The notes under the pieces: generated by a model
Databases searched by the model: none
What the model saw: only the letters and a program-made list of their open reading frames with translations
What the model was told of the DNA's origin: nothing
Source: Eledone cirrhosa
Lineage: Eukaryota
NCBI GenBank assembly: GCA_964016885.1
Contig: OZ024743.1
Location: 213,652,001 to 213,716,000, forward strand
Direction of reading: 5' to 3'
Length of the DNA stretch: 64,000 nucleotides
Shown here: positions 24,397-38,835 of the stretch, piece after piece
Numbering within the stretch: position 1 is the first letter of the stretch
Layout: every line of letters begins with the position of its first letter
Made by a program: the position numbers and the translations under genes

Positions 24397-26911
24397 TATA
24401 TATATAAAGGGAAGATGGACATTGTTTGGTGTTCGGAACTTGCATGCTACACCGTTCATCCAATTTTCATGAAACCTCACACATATATAAAACTCAACGC
24501 GTAGAGTGGAATAGGCTACTTGAAATTTTCGAAATATCGATAATCGGGCCCTATGACAGAATGTTTTTCGATTCCAATGAAATTTTATGTGAATTCGAAC
24601 ACAAGAACTCTTAGTTTACATCTGGCGCAATAAAAATAAATTTCATATGCCCATATAAGGACGTGCGTTATTGATTGGACGGCCAGTTGCATGTCTTCCC
24701 AGCTGTCTCAGTAAATGAGTGACCATTAAAGAGTTTATCTTTTCATATTCCACCTTATTCAAGTGTAAATACAGTATTATCCCTATCTGAAAAGGGAACC
24801 AAATTTAATGGTGTCTTTTGTGATGCTAAAAGCTGTGAGTAAATTTTCAAACAGTCTTAAATAATCATGCTTTTTGAAAAAAAAATTACTAAATAATACG
24901 TTGACCAAGTTGTATTGTACACATACAAAGTTGTAAAAAATGTTACGTCGTACAAATGTTTTCCTTTTTTAAACAAAAGATTCTAAAACATTACTTAATT
25001 TATAATACAGTCTTTTCCACAGGAAGTGAGTAACCTTTCGGGTGTTTAAACGTAAGTTCACCAGGGTTTGTGTCTTCATTATTAGCCCACCTCTGATGGC
25101 ATTTGTTGTTCTGTTTACGACTAAATGTTATGAGCGTATTTGCAATTAATTGCGCACACGTGCACACCTGCATGCAGATAGACACTGACAGCCAATAAAA
25201 AATCGATAACTTGCTTATTAAGATATCGGTCAAAAAGAGAGATTGAATGTACTTTAGAACATTTTTTGAATATATTGTTCTTTTTGGCATGATATGTCAG
25301 AAATATAGCTACTATACACTTTGGTTATTTTTTGTAACTAAAAAACGGTTCCTTTTGGGTGGATACTCAACGAGAAAAATCCTAGAGTTTTGGACAAGTT
25401 TGTTTCAGGCGCTGTATAGACGCCTATTTTGTCACACCTTGGTCATGAATTCGTATTCTTTTCCAATAGATATTTTCCGCTCTATAAGGCTCACCAGGAT
25501 ATAATGCGTATCATTTAAAATCAGGTCCGCGCAACGGCGTGTAAGGCCAACCAGAAAATGCTATCTTCTTTACTTTTAGTCTAGATCTATTACTTCTGTT
25601 AGAGCCGTGATTGATTACCATTGTATTATTTATACATAAGGCTCACCGGAGTATAACGCGCAGAGCTGTTTTTTGATTAAATTTAATTATTTTAAGTGCA
25701 ATTTATAGACCGGAAAATTCGGTAAGTTATTGTAATCATATTTCCAAACCTTCCCATTCACCAGTAACCATGCTAACGAATCTGGTGTCATCTCTCTCTG
25801 TATTTAATCACCTCTCTCTAACCTAACAGCTTCGTTACACGTCGTTATGCCCACACGGAAACGTTCAAGACTTACCTCCAAAAAACGTACAGCTACTGCT
25901 TTGAGACAACGAATTAGGCGTTCTCAGGTATGAGTTCATTCACAATTGATTAATCCTTTATGCAATATTCTCCCTTAATGTTAGCAAGTACTGCGTTTAT
26001 CCTAACTGTCACCACTTTTAAGCAACTACAACATTCTAATCGTAGTTATATTAAATTTATTGTCTTACCTTGATTCCCTTTTGTTCATGTTAGACTTTTC
26101 TCATTTACTATTGACACTGCCATTGGCTTAGCTAATCAGTAGAATTAATTAATTTTCTCTAGGAAACACCTGCTGAGCGCGAATCTCGACTTGCTGATAG
26201 ACGTCTTTCCCGGCTGGTTGAGTCACCAACATCACGTACGACAAGGCTTGCTGATGTTCGCCTTCGTCGCCAACAAGCGCTGACGGAGGAATCACCAACA
26301 TCCCATCAGACGAGGCTTGAGGCTGTGGCAAAGGGCAATAACCCTAGATACAATTTTGATCAACTTTTTTTCACCTATAGCAAATTTACCGGGACAGGTT
26401 TTTAGCTACTCAAATCTACTTCAGAGATCACGCATTGATGTAAAAAATCAATAAAACTGAAGCGGGGCTCGACTTTGCGCGAAAAAACAAGGCAAAGTTA
26501 CACATGGGAAAACTTTTTACAGGAGCGTCCTATATTCTTGAAAACTGTCACAAAAGACTCGCCATTAAGCCGCGGTTAAGATAAAGGCCCTTTTAATTCT
26601 TCTTCTGCACATGTGAGCGCAAAAATTGTAAAAAAAAAATAACCCTGAAAGTAATCGACATTTTCACCCTGCTTTAAATTAACTGAACATTCAATATCAA
26701 GCGATTTTGACTTCCGTCAGTCGTGCAGAGAACAATTTCAACGATACACTGTGTAACTACAATTAATAAATTACACACCTGTGTCTACTAACCTATTTTT
26801 TTTCATTGAAGTTCGAAGTTTTGAACCTGTGATGCGCGGGAAGTAACTTTCACACATTCTAACAGACCAAAGGTCGACTTACACCCGGGCAACGCCGGGT
26901 ACTTCCGCTAG
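24397..26911 (+). mobile_element. non-autonomous Helitron-like element 2, head-to-tail with element 1
   Basis: 24400-24550 matches 21135-21290, and 26317-26911 matches 23776-24396. Ends CCCGGGCAACGCCGGG-TACTTCCG-CTAG|T. Confidence 0.75.
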
Positions 26912-26934
26912 TAATATATATATATATGTGTTAA

Positions 26935-27424
26935 TTTTAACCCTTCTGTTGAGAACTCTATTCGATTTGTGATGTTTTTGCATTCTTGCAAAAATATACA
27001 CAACTGAATTCATTCGCCTGATATAGGGGTTGCCTCCCTTGCCGATCCCCACGTGGGGTCAGCAATAGTCAGTCCCTGTATTAACATTGAACTAAAACCT
27101 GTTGAGAAAGTGGCTTCCTTGTTTAATCATCTTACCAGAAGCCTGACATTATTTATGTAAGCGGACGGTACTTGATTTAGGAGCCGCAGAAACACATATA
27201 CTGGATTTTACCAACCTTCCAGGGGTCCGGGTAAATTTTCAATACCCGAATTACTTGATCGATTTTTTGGCTATGCGAATGATTGTTTAACCATCGTCTC
27301 AGTGTGTTTGGCCTTTAACGTATGTTGTAGATCTGGTTCATCTGAATTATTGAGCACTTGCCGCACATCTTGGAGGTAGTTTTTCGTTATTTCGTGGGCC
27401 GAAATGCGAATCTCGATAATTTAT

Positions 27425-27430
<6 letters not shown>
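26935..27430. repeat. unclassified ~500-bp (TA)n-flanked interspersed repeat; second copy at ~54155-54665
   Basis: Collinear shared blocks include ttctgttgagaact, cccacgtggg, cctgttgagaaagtg and ttttaccaaccttccaggggtccgggta. Confidence 0.8.
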
Positions 27431-27490
<60 letters not shown>

Positions 27491-27620
27491 TAAAATAACA
27501 GATTAAAATTTAAGCAAATAATCGCTGCTTTCACCCTTAACGGGATCTTCTGGAACTAAAAAAGTCAATCTGTGAACGCAGAAGTAAATATTTCAAAAAA
27601 CGCTGCATATATATATATAT

Positions 27621-27681
<61 letters not shown>

Positions 27682-27997
27682 CGTGTGCGCGCGTGCATAT
27701 ATATATAAGCTTCATTTTTTTATATTTTGCAAAATTGATTTCATCTGAACAAGGGTGTCGCAACAGATATTTTTAAACCTTGGGAGGATTATATTGTCAA
27801 TTCAAAATACATGCGCCTGTTGGGTTTCACTTCAATTTTATATTATAATTTCCCATTTGGTTAGTTTAATAACCGGATGGTTCCAGTTATTAAACCAACC
27901 GCCGGAAAATTCATAAAAATAAATTGAAGTGAAACCAGACAGGTGCATTTCGTTTTTATTGGCAGCATTACATCTCATGCATATCTATCTATCTATA

Positions 27998-28028
<31 letters not shown>

Positions 28029-28041
28029 ATATATATATATA

Positions 28042-28094
<53 letters not shown>

Positions 28095-28100
28095 GTCTAT

Positions 28101-31100
28101 CTGTGCCACTGTGGACGTGGACTAATCGAAGCGGAACATCTAGATCATACATAGATAGGTATATAAATGTGATGGTTATCTGCGAGGCCCGGATCAGCAG
28201 CATGCGACAGCTAGCCCCCACATTTGACGACTTTGAGATGCACGCATCTCTCTGTCAGCCCGGAGGTGGGGGTGGGGTTGTCGTTCTGCTGCAAAAACAT
28301 CTGGGTCTTGCCACACAGATAGTTCACTTGAACCCAGGGGGTCGACTGGTGGTGCTGGACCTTGGCAGTGGTGAAGGTGGAGCCTTTAGGCTGGTAGCCG
28401 CATATGCCCCTTTTGGGACAAAGCGGCCCGACTTTTTCCAGCGTCTGGAGTCTTTTCTAGGGACGTCACGTTCCCTGCTTTTAGTGGGGAACTGGAATGG
28501 TATCCTGGATGCACGTTGGGACTATGCAGGGGCATGTCCCGATAGAGAGGCGTGTAACAGCCTCAAGGGGTTACTCGGCCGATTTGACCTGGCCGATAGA
28601 TTTCGACTAGATTTTCCGACGGTGCCAACCTGGTCTTGGTCAAATCGCAGCGGATCATCTAGGTCGTACCTAGATAGGTTTTTAGTTAGAAATAAGGACA
28701 GGGACTTTTTAAGTTGTCCAGAAATGCTCATGGTTGGCTATTCAGACCACAAGTTGGTGACCTGCATGGTCAACCTTGATAGAACGCAAAGACAGGGCCT
28801 CGATTACTGGAAGCTCAACTTGTCCTTGCCGGCAAGTAGAGCTTACAGGGATCGGATTAGTACGTTAGTTAAGGAACGGTTGACTGGAGCGATCGTCAAC
28901 AGCAGGTGGTGGGTATCTCTAAAGAGAGAGATTAGAGTAGTCTCGATAGAATTTAGTAAGGTTCTAGCTGCGGATAGGGATAGGAAGGAAAGGGAGCTAA
29001 TAGATAGAGTAGAAGAGGCAATTAGAAGCGGCGACGTAGCCAGAGTGCTAGCGTCGAGAACGGCTTTGAGCCAGTTTTTCGACGCGAAGCACGTAGGCTG
29101 CGTTGTCCGAAGTAAAATACGTGCTCTAGGGAACGAGGGGACCAAGGATGTTAGCTGGGCCCGCGTGACAGAGGCCAACAGTGGAACTAAATCCACCATC
29201 CGGTCTTTGCGAGACCAGGATGGACGGGCGATTCTTGAGCCTAAGCAGATGTGTGAGGCCTTTCAAAGGCACTTTGCCCGACTGTTCGGAAGGGGCGGGG
29301 AGCCGGTTGGGGATGGGAACTTCGGTCCATACCTCGACGGCCTGCCGCGTCTCTCGGACAGAGAGGCGAAGTCCTGCGAGGAGCCGATTTCGGCCGCTGA
29401 GATAGAGGATGTGCTGAGCCAATGCGGCAAACGCAAATCCCCGGGTCTCGATGGTCTTCCATACGAATTATATCTAGCTATGCCGGACTTGGTCCCCGAT
29501 CTCCTCGAGGCAGTCTACTGCAACTGGCAACACTACGGGAGAATTTCCTGTACTGTGACCAAGGGCGTAGTCACGCTAGTGAGGAAGGACGAGAACAAGG
29601 GGGACGAAATAAGTAACTTCAGGCCCATAACTCTGCTAAATACAGAGTTACAGATTTTGGCCAAGGTGCTAGCAAAGATGTTGGCGCTTGTCGTGGGCAA
29701 CCTGGTGAGAGATGCGCAGACATGCACTATCCCATCCAGGTCCATCCGTGACAACCTCCACCTCATGCGATACATCATAGAGAGGGTTGGGAACGAACCC
29801 GGCTTTGGTGGGGCTCTGATCAACTCGGATCAATCGAAGGTGTTCGATAGGGTCGACCATGGTTACTTGGATGCGCTGCTAGCGGCGGCAGGCTTCGGAC
29901 CCGTTTTCAGGGGCTGGATCACTGCTATGCACAGCAGCCGCATCTGCTCTAGGGTCAAGGTGAACGGCTACCTCTCGGATCCGTTCAAAATCGCGAGGTC
30001 CATCCGACAAGGGTGCCCTCTCTCCTCCCTTCTGTATGTGTTGACTCTCGAGCCACTACTGCGGAAGTTGGAGTTGTTGCAGGGCATCCCTTTGCGGAAA
30101 GCAGTGTCGGCCTACGCCGATGACGTGACAGTAATGGTGTCGACGGCCTCCGAAATCGGGGTGGTCGGCACCTTACTGGAGGAGTACGAAAGGTTCACAG
30201 GGGTTAAGCTGAACCGGGACATGTCGATCGGTTTGCAACTCGGCACGTGGAGGGGCAGACAGATACCCTCCGATGGCGTCGTCGGACGCTGGACGGAGGG
30301 CCCGGTGAAGTTGCTCGGGGTCTGGTTCGGACCGGGCCTCCAGGTGGAGAAGAACTGGGCGGAGGTTACGAACAGGGTGTTTGCACTGACCCAGAAGTGG
30401 GCCAGTTGCAAACTATCCCTGAAAGATCGGGCGGAGGTGGCGAACACCTATATAGCGTCCGTCATCTATTTCGGCCTGACCGTAGTGCTTCGCCCAAGGG
30501 GAACCCTCGCCAAGATGGACTGCGCGCTCTTCCAATTCCTTTGGAAGAGGCGGGCTCCCTTGGTGAGGAGATCCATCTGCTGTCAACAACCTTCGAAAGG
30601 AGGGCTGGGGATGCCGTGGCTAATGATGCGTAAACACGCATTAAGGCTATGGCACCTCTACATATTCCTCACCGGTCAACCGGCTGGGCCTCGTTTGTGA
30701 GACGAACCTTTCCCCACACTCGTCTCACTCACCGAGCTGCAATCCTGGGTCAAGCAAAGACCGAAAAAACTGAGCGCCTGGCACACTGAGTATACCCAGG
30801 CGCTCACCGCCCTCTGGCAGGCCGATCAGGTTATCAGTGGAAATTCCACCGCAAAATTCTATAGAGGGCTGGTACGCAGCAGGTGCGACGACGCCCTCGG
30901 AGAAGCCCTAGACATGGAGGAGGACGAACTGGCCAGCCTGTTCGGTAGGACATTCAGCCCGGGACCTATGGACAACTTCCAGAAGTCCCTGGCCTGGCAG
31001 TGCTACCGAGGGGCTCTATCCGTTCGAGAAAAGCTCTACAGACACGGGTGCCCGGGTAGGGACCCCACCAAAAAGATCTGTCCTAGATGCGTGTGCGACG

Positions 31101-31760
31101 AGGAAACCGTTGCACACGCATTGGTACACTGCTCGGGCGTAGCCTATCTGTGGGGCTATGTCGAACAACTGCTGTCAAGGGGGGGGACCGATCCTGTTGA
31201 CCACCGAGTCTATTGTAATGATCAAGCCGCATCCCCCCTTCAAAGATGAAGGAGAGGCGGTGTTTCTGTGCGTAATAGCCATGGCGAAAGAGGTTGTATG
31301 GTGGACGCGCCTGAAAGGACTGAGGTCAGGCACCTTTCTCTCTGGCTAACAACTGCTCCGTTTCTTCCGATATCATTTCGGAAGAAGGATCAGGATGGAG
31401 AGAGAGGTGTTGCACCCCAGTCATTTTTATGAAAGGTTGTTGAAGGTGGCGAGAATGGCCCGTGTGAATGGGCCTTCTCTTTACATAAGCCTGTAGGTGG
31501 AAAAGAGGAAGGAACGAGGGAGCACCCCCTCTCTGTGCTCATGAGGAGAAGGGTTGCACACTTTTTTCGGGGGTGTGTGCGACTCCCCAAGGCGCCTCCT
31601 CTCTATTGAGGATTTTGTTATAATTTCAATTTTTGTTATAATTTATTTTATTTTTATATATTGTTATTGCCTCCTCCCTATTGAGGACGCCTTGTTTTGT
31701 AAACTCTCCCCATTGTACTTGTCCCACTTTTGATGCCCTGGTGGCAAATAAAAGAAACAT
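28101..31760 (+). mobile_element. Tx1/L1-clade LINE, ORF2 region (APE endonuclease + RT + C-terminal CCHC), ORF1 absent
   Basis: Endonuclease motifs AYAP, GNWN, SRSYLDRF and SDHKLV. RT motifs KSPGLDGLPYE, FRPITLLNTE, RQGCPLS and AYADDV. CPRC..ETVAHALVHC at the C-terminus. Long frame open to 30700, then frameshifts. Ends AATAAAAGAAAC next to (TC)n/(TA)n. Confidence 0.92.
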
Positions 31761-31844
31761 ATCTCTCTATCTCTCTCTCTATATATATGTATATATATGT
31801 ATATATATATAGAGAGAGATAGAGAGAGAGAGAGAGGGAGAGAG

Positions 31845-32210
31845 AGGTAGAACACTGGAAGGTAGTATCCGTAGTGGTCGACCACTCAGACCATGGGAGG
31901 AGTTAGGTAGAATTGGTAACACAACAGTTAGTTCACCATACCGCGAACAATTGTTACACCTTAGCGGATCCATTACGATCTGAGGATCCGCTAAGGTGAA
32001 ACAATCGTTCTCGGTATGGTGAACTAACTGTTGTGTTAGCACTTCTATATATATAGAGAGAGAGAGGTAGAACACTGGAAGGTAATATCCGTAGTGGTAG
32101 AGTACTCGGGCCATGGGACGAGTTAGGCAGAAGTGGTAACACAGCAGTTAGTTCACCATACCGAGAACAATTGTTTCGGTATGGTGACCTAACTGTTGTG
32201 TTACCACTCC
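31845..32210. mobile_element. rearranged inverted copies of the PLE terminal repeat (same family as 41069-41385 and 62928-63065)
   Basis: GTTAGTTCACCATACCG / CGGTATGGTGAACTAAC fold-backs. Hammerhead core CTGAGGATCCGCTAAGGTGAAACAATCGTTCTCGG at 31980-32014. Confidence 0.8.
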
Positions 32211-32218
32211 TCTCTCTC

Positions 32219-32260
<42 letters not shown>

Positions 32261-32280
32261 TCTATCTCACTCTCTCTCTC

Positions 32281-32363
<83 letters not shown>

Positions 32364-32428
32364 TAAAATAACAGATTAAAGTTTAAGCAAAGCGTCGCTC
32401 TGTCACGCATAACAGGATCTTCTGAAAT

Positions 32429-32491
<63 letters not shown>

Positions 32492-32557
32492 ATGAAATGA
32501 CAGGAAGCTGAATTTATATATATATATGTATATATATATATTTATATAGAGAGAGAG

Positions 32558-32628
<71 letters not shown>

Positions 32629-32959
32629 TGTATATATAGTATATTTGGCAATTTACTGTATGCTTAATTAAAAACATTTTGAAGACCTTGCGTTTTTATT
32701 TTAAAATACTGACTATGTCACTTACTTTTTTTTTTCAAGAAACAAACAAAGGGAGATAAGCTGATCTGTTTCACACTGTTGGTGATCATGCGAGCTTAGC
32801 ATTCGCCGATGCCTGTTGAACATTATAGATGCTGCATTCTTATAGAATTCCAGTAATAATCAGGAACTGATTATACAGAGCGATTGCCGGTCCTTTAAAA
32901 TAACAGCGCAAGGTCTTCAAAATGTTTTTAATTATATTATATATATATATATATATTTG

Positions 32960-33830
32960 ACTTCATTGAGTCATACACCATGGATCTACTCAGATCTTTT
33001 CAAGGTAAAAATTACTCGAAATATTTTCTGGCTTACCGAAGGATCAGCCGTTTCTATTAAGGCTCTCGAACATTTACTGGATTGATGTAGCAAGGGTGTG
33101 ATCCAATTCTACAGTACATTACATTTAAAATTACCTCAGCCGCAAGCGACCACTTAGTGGATTTCTTAAACGTCATTCTATACTCGAGCACAATCCAATA
33201 CAACCATATACAATATCCCAAGAAGTAACGTACTAACCACAGAACATTATCAAATCAAACCCATACCTGTTCAGAGAGTAAGAGTATTGGTTTTGGAATT
33301 GGAATATATACTATCTTTGATGAAAATATTTTGGATATGGCAGCTTCTTATTTCGAGCTTTCAAAGACACAGACATACAGTTGGTTCATCCGATTCTTAT
33401 TCAATGTACAGCTTAATTTATCTTAACATGTTCGATAAAATATAGATACAAGGGTGTATTTAACAGAAACGTTCTGACACTAAGTTACAGGTGCGCCTCA
33501 AATATCAAATCGCCCACTCCACTCCGAAAAAACAAAGGAAACTCTTCGTGCTGAAATATTAACTGACATTTAAGCGGAAACTATATCACCTATACCATCA
33601 CCTAGAAGCTACTTGATATCCAATTAAGCAACTCCTACATATGAGAGAGAAAATTAAATACACTCTATAGTAGAGAAATATGTAATTTCACGGACCCAGG
33701 ATTTAGACTAACATTTAAACTCTTTAGTTACTCGTGAGCGGGAGAGGATACATTCTCTAATTACATTTTAAACTGGAATATACTAGAATAATCCATAATG
33801 TGTAGAAACAGAAGCAAAACTGAAACCTAT
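32960..33830 (+). pseudogene. highly decayed Penelope-like element ORF remnant
   Basis: KITSAASDHLVDFLNVIL (33127-33180) resembles the RT FLDV motif. VFNRNVLTLSYRCASNIKS (~33456-33512) parallels SFNRHKVKLGYSCAKNMKA at 63.7 kb. (TA)n on both sides. Confidence 0.6.
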
Positions 33831-33907
33831 GTATTGCTGAGAAAATATATATGCATATATATATATATACATGTACACGAAATTATTATATATACACACA
33901 CATATAC

Positions 33908-33968
<61 letters not shown>

Positions 33969-35073
33969 GAGAGAGAGAGAGAGAAAGAGAAATAGGCAGA
34001 TATATATAAATATAAATATATATATATAAATATGTATGGGTATATGTCTCTGTCTTCTATAGATGTGTGTTTGCCGTTATGCGTATTATCACTCTATTGA
34101 TTATAAATATTATCTATAATAGATAATTAATAATTATTGACGTGCAAGAACAAATCAAATAGAAAATATACATAAATACAGTTTATCTATCCTCAAAGAC
34201 ATTCATTGCTATAGACATGGTTTAGAATTCCTATTAATTTACTTAAATGCCAATCGATACACGTTGGACACCTGTGCATTATATGTTAACTTTCTCGATT
34301 TATTCCTTTTTCACCAAGTGAGTCATATACCGTTGAAAGAAAACATAAACAATATATTGTTATATACTAAAACTGACAATATATTATTCCTTTTATATAT
34401 CTAGTTAGATAGGGACGAGCAGTGTATATGAAGCTCTTCATGGTCTTCAAGAATTAGGAGGGAGGAAAAAGCGTTATCCTCAAATTGGAGACCTGGCAAA
34501 ATGCGTACGCCTTTGAGCGCAGCCAAGAGTCAGTTTTAGGTGTTAAGTCACTCTACGGCTCAAGTTTTTATATTTCTCTAAAAAGACCATCATTGTTTTT
34601 GTCGATTTTTAAAAATCAAATCTTGTTTCTCAGAAATATATTTAAAAGGCATTCATGACATGAGCAATATCAAATACAAACGTTACAATTTTGTATCTTC
34701 CTCCATGAAAGAAACTTTGCCTTTAAAATTATGAATAATTCTCTCCATTGCATACTCCTAGAATAGAGGCCTCGTAGTACTTGGAATTCTATGGAAAATC
34801 TAATTCTTGATGGCGCTAAGCAGGCTGTCTCAGTCATGGCTTAGCTTATTAACGACTAATCCTTCGTATTTGCTTAATTAGGTTAGGATATCACTATTTC
34901 GTAGAGAATAAATACCATGTTATTAAATTATGTAAAATAAACCCAAATATATTTTGGTGCGACTTCATATAATATGCAAGTGGAAATTCTATAACGATGT
35001 ATAAAATGAGATATACATTACAACGCACAAGCCACACGAGTAGAATCAGTGCCGTTTAAGCTTTTTGTTTTAC

Positions 35074-35131
<58 letters not shown>

Positions 35132-35300
35132 AGTTTCTTCCCGAGAGTTCTTGCCGTTTTAACGAAAACGCAATATCTCATTATAATACCCATTTTATAC
35201 TTTATTAGGTATTAAGTACTAAGTTGAACCATTGTCTCAGAAGTTTAAGCTGATAACTCCTCATCAACACACACACACACACGGGCGCGCACGCTCACAT

Positions 35301-35352
<52 letters not shown>

Positions 35353-35361
35353 ACACACACA

Positions 35362-35400
<39 letters not shown>

Positions 35401-35972
35401 AAACACACATATATTTGTGTATATAAGCGTATCATATATTCTTCTGATGATATTCTTCAGCATGTGAAAAATTTAAGTAGTGATTTTTCTCCAATCAGTT
35501 TTCTCATTATCATAGATTCAACTGCACTTTTGCTATTCTAAAGTGAAATATGTTCTGCCAGAGATTACCAAATAAACGTCAGATAACCATACATTCCCAT
35601 ATGCCTCTTTAAATACAAATTGTCAATCATAATGTAGCAATTACGCTCTGTCATCTTCGCTCGGTGAATCTCTTAAATTTCCCAATTTCTCTCCTTTGTA
35701 GTACATTAAAAAAAAACCTTTACCGAGGAATGTATTTTCATAATATTTATCCTAAATTTAGAACGGAATCAATGATTTCTAAAACATGCCAAACACTAGG
35801 CATTCTCTGCGGAATGAATAGTCGATAGTCTCTCCCGCGGTTCAAGGTTGATTCTTTATGTCACAGATAATAGAATTATGAAAACTAAAGCTAACCTTTG
35901 CAGGATTTGAACTGAGAATATGAAAAAACTTACATACGACATTATAATCAGTGAATTAGTAAGTTCGTTATA

Positions 35973-36155
35973 ATTGTTTCTACTTTTGGCACAAGGCCAG
36001 CAATCATCACATCAGTGCATTACTGGTACTTCATTTTATCGACTCCGTAAGGATGAAAGGCAAAGTTAACCTCGGCGGGATTTGAACTCAGATCGTAAAG
36101 GCCCGTAACTCCATGCTGCAAACCATGGCGTCCGACCCTCTAACGAATCTGCCAA
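35973..36155 (-). mobile_element. Meta-like tRNA SINE with 14-bp TSD
   Basis: Family match. TSD AAGTTCGTTATAAT at 35961-35974 and 36156-36169. Confidence 0.85.
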
Positions 36156-37301
36156 AAGTTCGTTATAATAACGAATAGAATGCCTTTGTTCCGTTACTCT
36201 GCACTCATAGAAATCCGGCTGATATCAACTTTGTCTTTTTTCCTTTCTGAGGCCGATAAATAACTACCAGTTAAGTAGTGAGATCAATTCATCCTCTACA
36301 TCACATTCTCACATCTTATCTATCCCTTTCCTACTCTTGCAGACATGGAGGGGTTTGGATTTCTTCAGGCTCAAAGGCGTACGGTGTCCTTACAACTTTA
36401 CTAAGATCTACGGGTCCTTACACATATACAAGTTCTAGAACATGATTAACATCATATGGCTGATTCTGCAAATCCCCAGTTAACGTGGTCACGGATTATT
36501 TCTCTCTCCCTCTCTCCATCTCTCTCTTATATTTTGAGACTGCCGGAATTCTTATCCTTGGCTCTCACAGTGACTCTTATATATTTTTTTATGTTCTTGC
36601 ACTTATTCTTGTTTCTTGGATACATGAATCTATAATAATTGTTAAGAAGAATAAGAAAAGGGATCGACATGATCATAGATCTCATTTGCTTACCGAGTAG
36701 GGTGGAACTCGTCAAATCGGACCAAGGAAACAATATTTCCAATGGTCTTCCCATTACTGATACTCTCTACCGGCTGCGAATCCTGGTAGAAAGAGCAACG
36801 TGAAATAAAGTGTAGCTCGGACCGGGAATCAAATTCATAACCCTACGATTGCGAATCCCATTCTCTACCCACTAGTTAAACTGAAATCCCAAATCAACAA
36901 TAGACAACAACACAACATCGAGAGTTTAACATAGACACACACAGTACAACACTACATTCCACTTAAAACAGATACAACACTAGCTTAGATGAGAAAGTAG
37001 CTTAGGTCACATAAAATGTGATCTCTTTACCTCGTCAAGCGATGAAAGAAAACTAAAAATCATTTTTAAATTTAAAAAAAAGTTGCAGCTTAAGAGCCAC
37101 ACAATGTATACATACTGCTCCGTATTAGTTTCGTCTATTAATAGTTTGTTGAAAATGTTTTATATCGAAATATTAGGACATAAACAAAACTGCAACATCA
37201 TTGTTCGCATATTTTAACGTATTCCATTCAATTCAGATAGTGGTAGCTTTTAGACAAAATCATAATTTCTACATTTGACACAATGCTCCGAGCAAACTAC
37301 A

Positions 37302-37489
37302 ATATTCGTTTTTATAATATTGACACTCCATCTGATACCTTATAAATAGTACCTTAAGGTACACATGCTGCGGAGTGCTTACGTCTGTTTACACTAAAGT
37401 GGGTCGATTTGTTGTTCAACCAACATTTTTTACTTGGAATAATTATCTCTCTCTTTCTCTTTATATATATATATAAAGAAATCGACCCA

Positions 37490-37525
<36 letters not shown>

Positions 37526-37584
37526 TGGGTCGATTTCTTGATCAACCAACATTTCTGTCTTGGAATAATTATCTCTCTTTTTCT

Positions 37585-37638
<54 letters not shown>

Positions 37639-37780
37639 AGAAAGAGAGAGATAATTATTCCAAGTAAAAAAATGTTGGTTGAACAACAAATCGACCCACT
37701 TTAGTGTAAACAGACGTAAGCACTCCGCAGCGTGGGTACTATTTATAAGGTATCGGATGGAGTGTCAATATTATAAAAAC

Positions 37781-37786
<6 letters not shown>
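37302..37786. repeat. nested fold-back element around (TA)n
   Basis: Near-perfect ~170-bp inverted arms (37302-37475 vs ~37625-37786). An inner palindrome aagaaatcgacccagtg-(TA)n-cactgggtcgatttctt sits between them. Confidence 0.9.
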
Positions 37787-37813
<27 letters not shown>

Positions 37814-38678
37814 TATATGATTTCTCCCGAATGAAACCGTTCTAGTCCTGTAGAAGTTATTTCTATATTAAATATATATATATCGCTATTTAAGAGCACC
37901 TATTCTAATATATATATGTGTGTGTGTGTGCGTGTGCGTGTGCGCGCGCGCGCGCGCGTGTGTGTATATATGTGTGTGTGTGTGTGTGTGTGGGCGTACG
38001 AGTGTGTGTGTATGCTCATTTTAATATGTTTTGTGTGTGCAACACATACTCAGAACAATGTGCTGGCCATTAATGTTTGTGTGAGGTTAGCGAATCATTA
38101 GACTTTGTTTGTACACCATGTTATTCCAGCTTAATTTTCCAAATATAAACAAACCAATCTTGGAATCTGTGGCTATTTGAAACTAAGCTATGTGGTTTTA
38201 TCTTGAGGTGTGCGGAATTTGAACTTGGAATAATGTTTTATACAAGTTAATTACTTCTGGAATCTCAAGCTACCGTTCAGAATAACTTATAATTTCTTCA
38301 TCTCAAACAATGATACGGTTTAAAGAAGTTCCAAAAATAAATACATATTCAAAAAGAGATCAATATTTGCCAACTGTCTACGAGATAATTTTCTTTCTTA
38401 AACAATGTTAAATGCTAATGTATTTTAAGGTTTAAATTTACTGAACGATTAGTTATAACATTATGTTTTCTTTTTTACTTTTTGCAGCATATTGATTATT
38501 CCTTAATTTAACATCAGGTCGAAATTTAACCAACACACTATCTTTATCTCCTATTAGTTTTCTTTAGCTCATCAGGTTGCTTGTTTCATGAAAGAAAGAT
38601 GTAAACATTGCTAAAATAGGAACACAACATTCCTGCTGGAAACGTTTATTTAAAGTAAATTATGTATAACTACATTAG

Positions 38679-38835
38679 AGAATTATCTCTATTCATCGGA
38701 TTCTGGACAATGCACAGCATCGACATTTGTGCTACGGGGTTTCAAACCGATTTGCAGCTATATAATAATTCTGCCACTAGGAAGGTCAATGCTCGGTATT
38801 GATCTGGGATCGATTTCTGACACATATTATTTGAG
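38679..38835 (+). CDS. candidate host coding exon (weak ependymin-like Cys/Gly spacing)
   Basis: Open frame NYLYSSDSGQCTASTFVLRGFKPICSYIIILPLGRSMLGIDLGSISDTYYL ends at a good donor AG|GTATGT. The acceptor is weak. Confidence 0.25.

Noticed and set aside
27929-28100. N-terminal extension of the 923-aa ORF
   Set aside because: It reads through (TCTA)n/(TA)n. LINE homology starts only at ~28101.
35444-35480. CTGATGA...GAAA hammerhead-like spacing
   Set aside because: Stems II and III do not pair convincingly.
36341-36450. Possible exon after ctcttgcag
   Set aside because: All frames stop within ~35 codons, and there is no convincing donor or homology.
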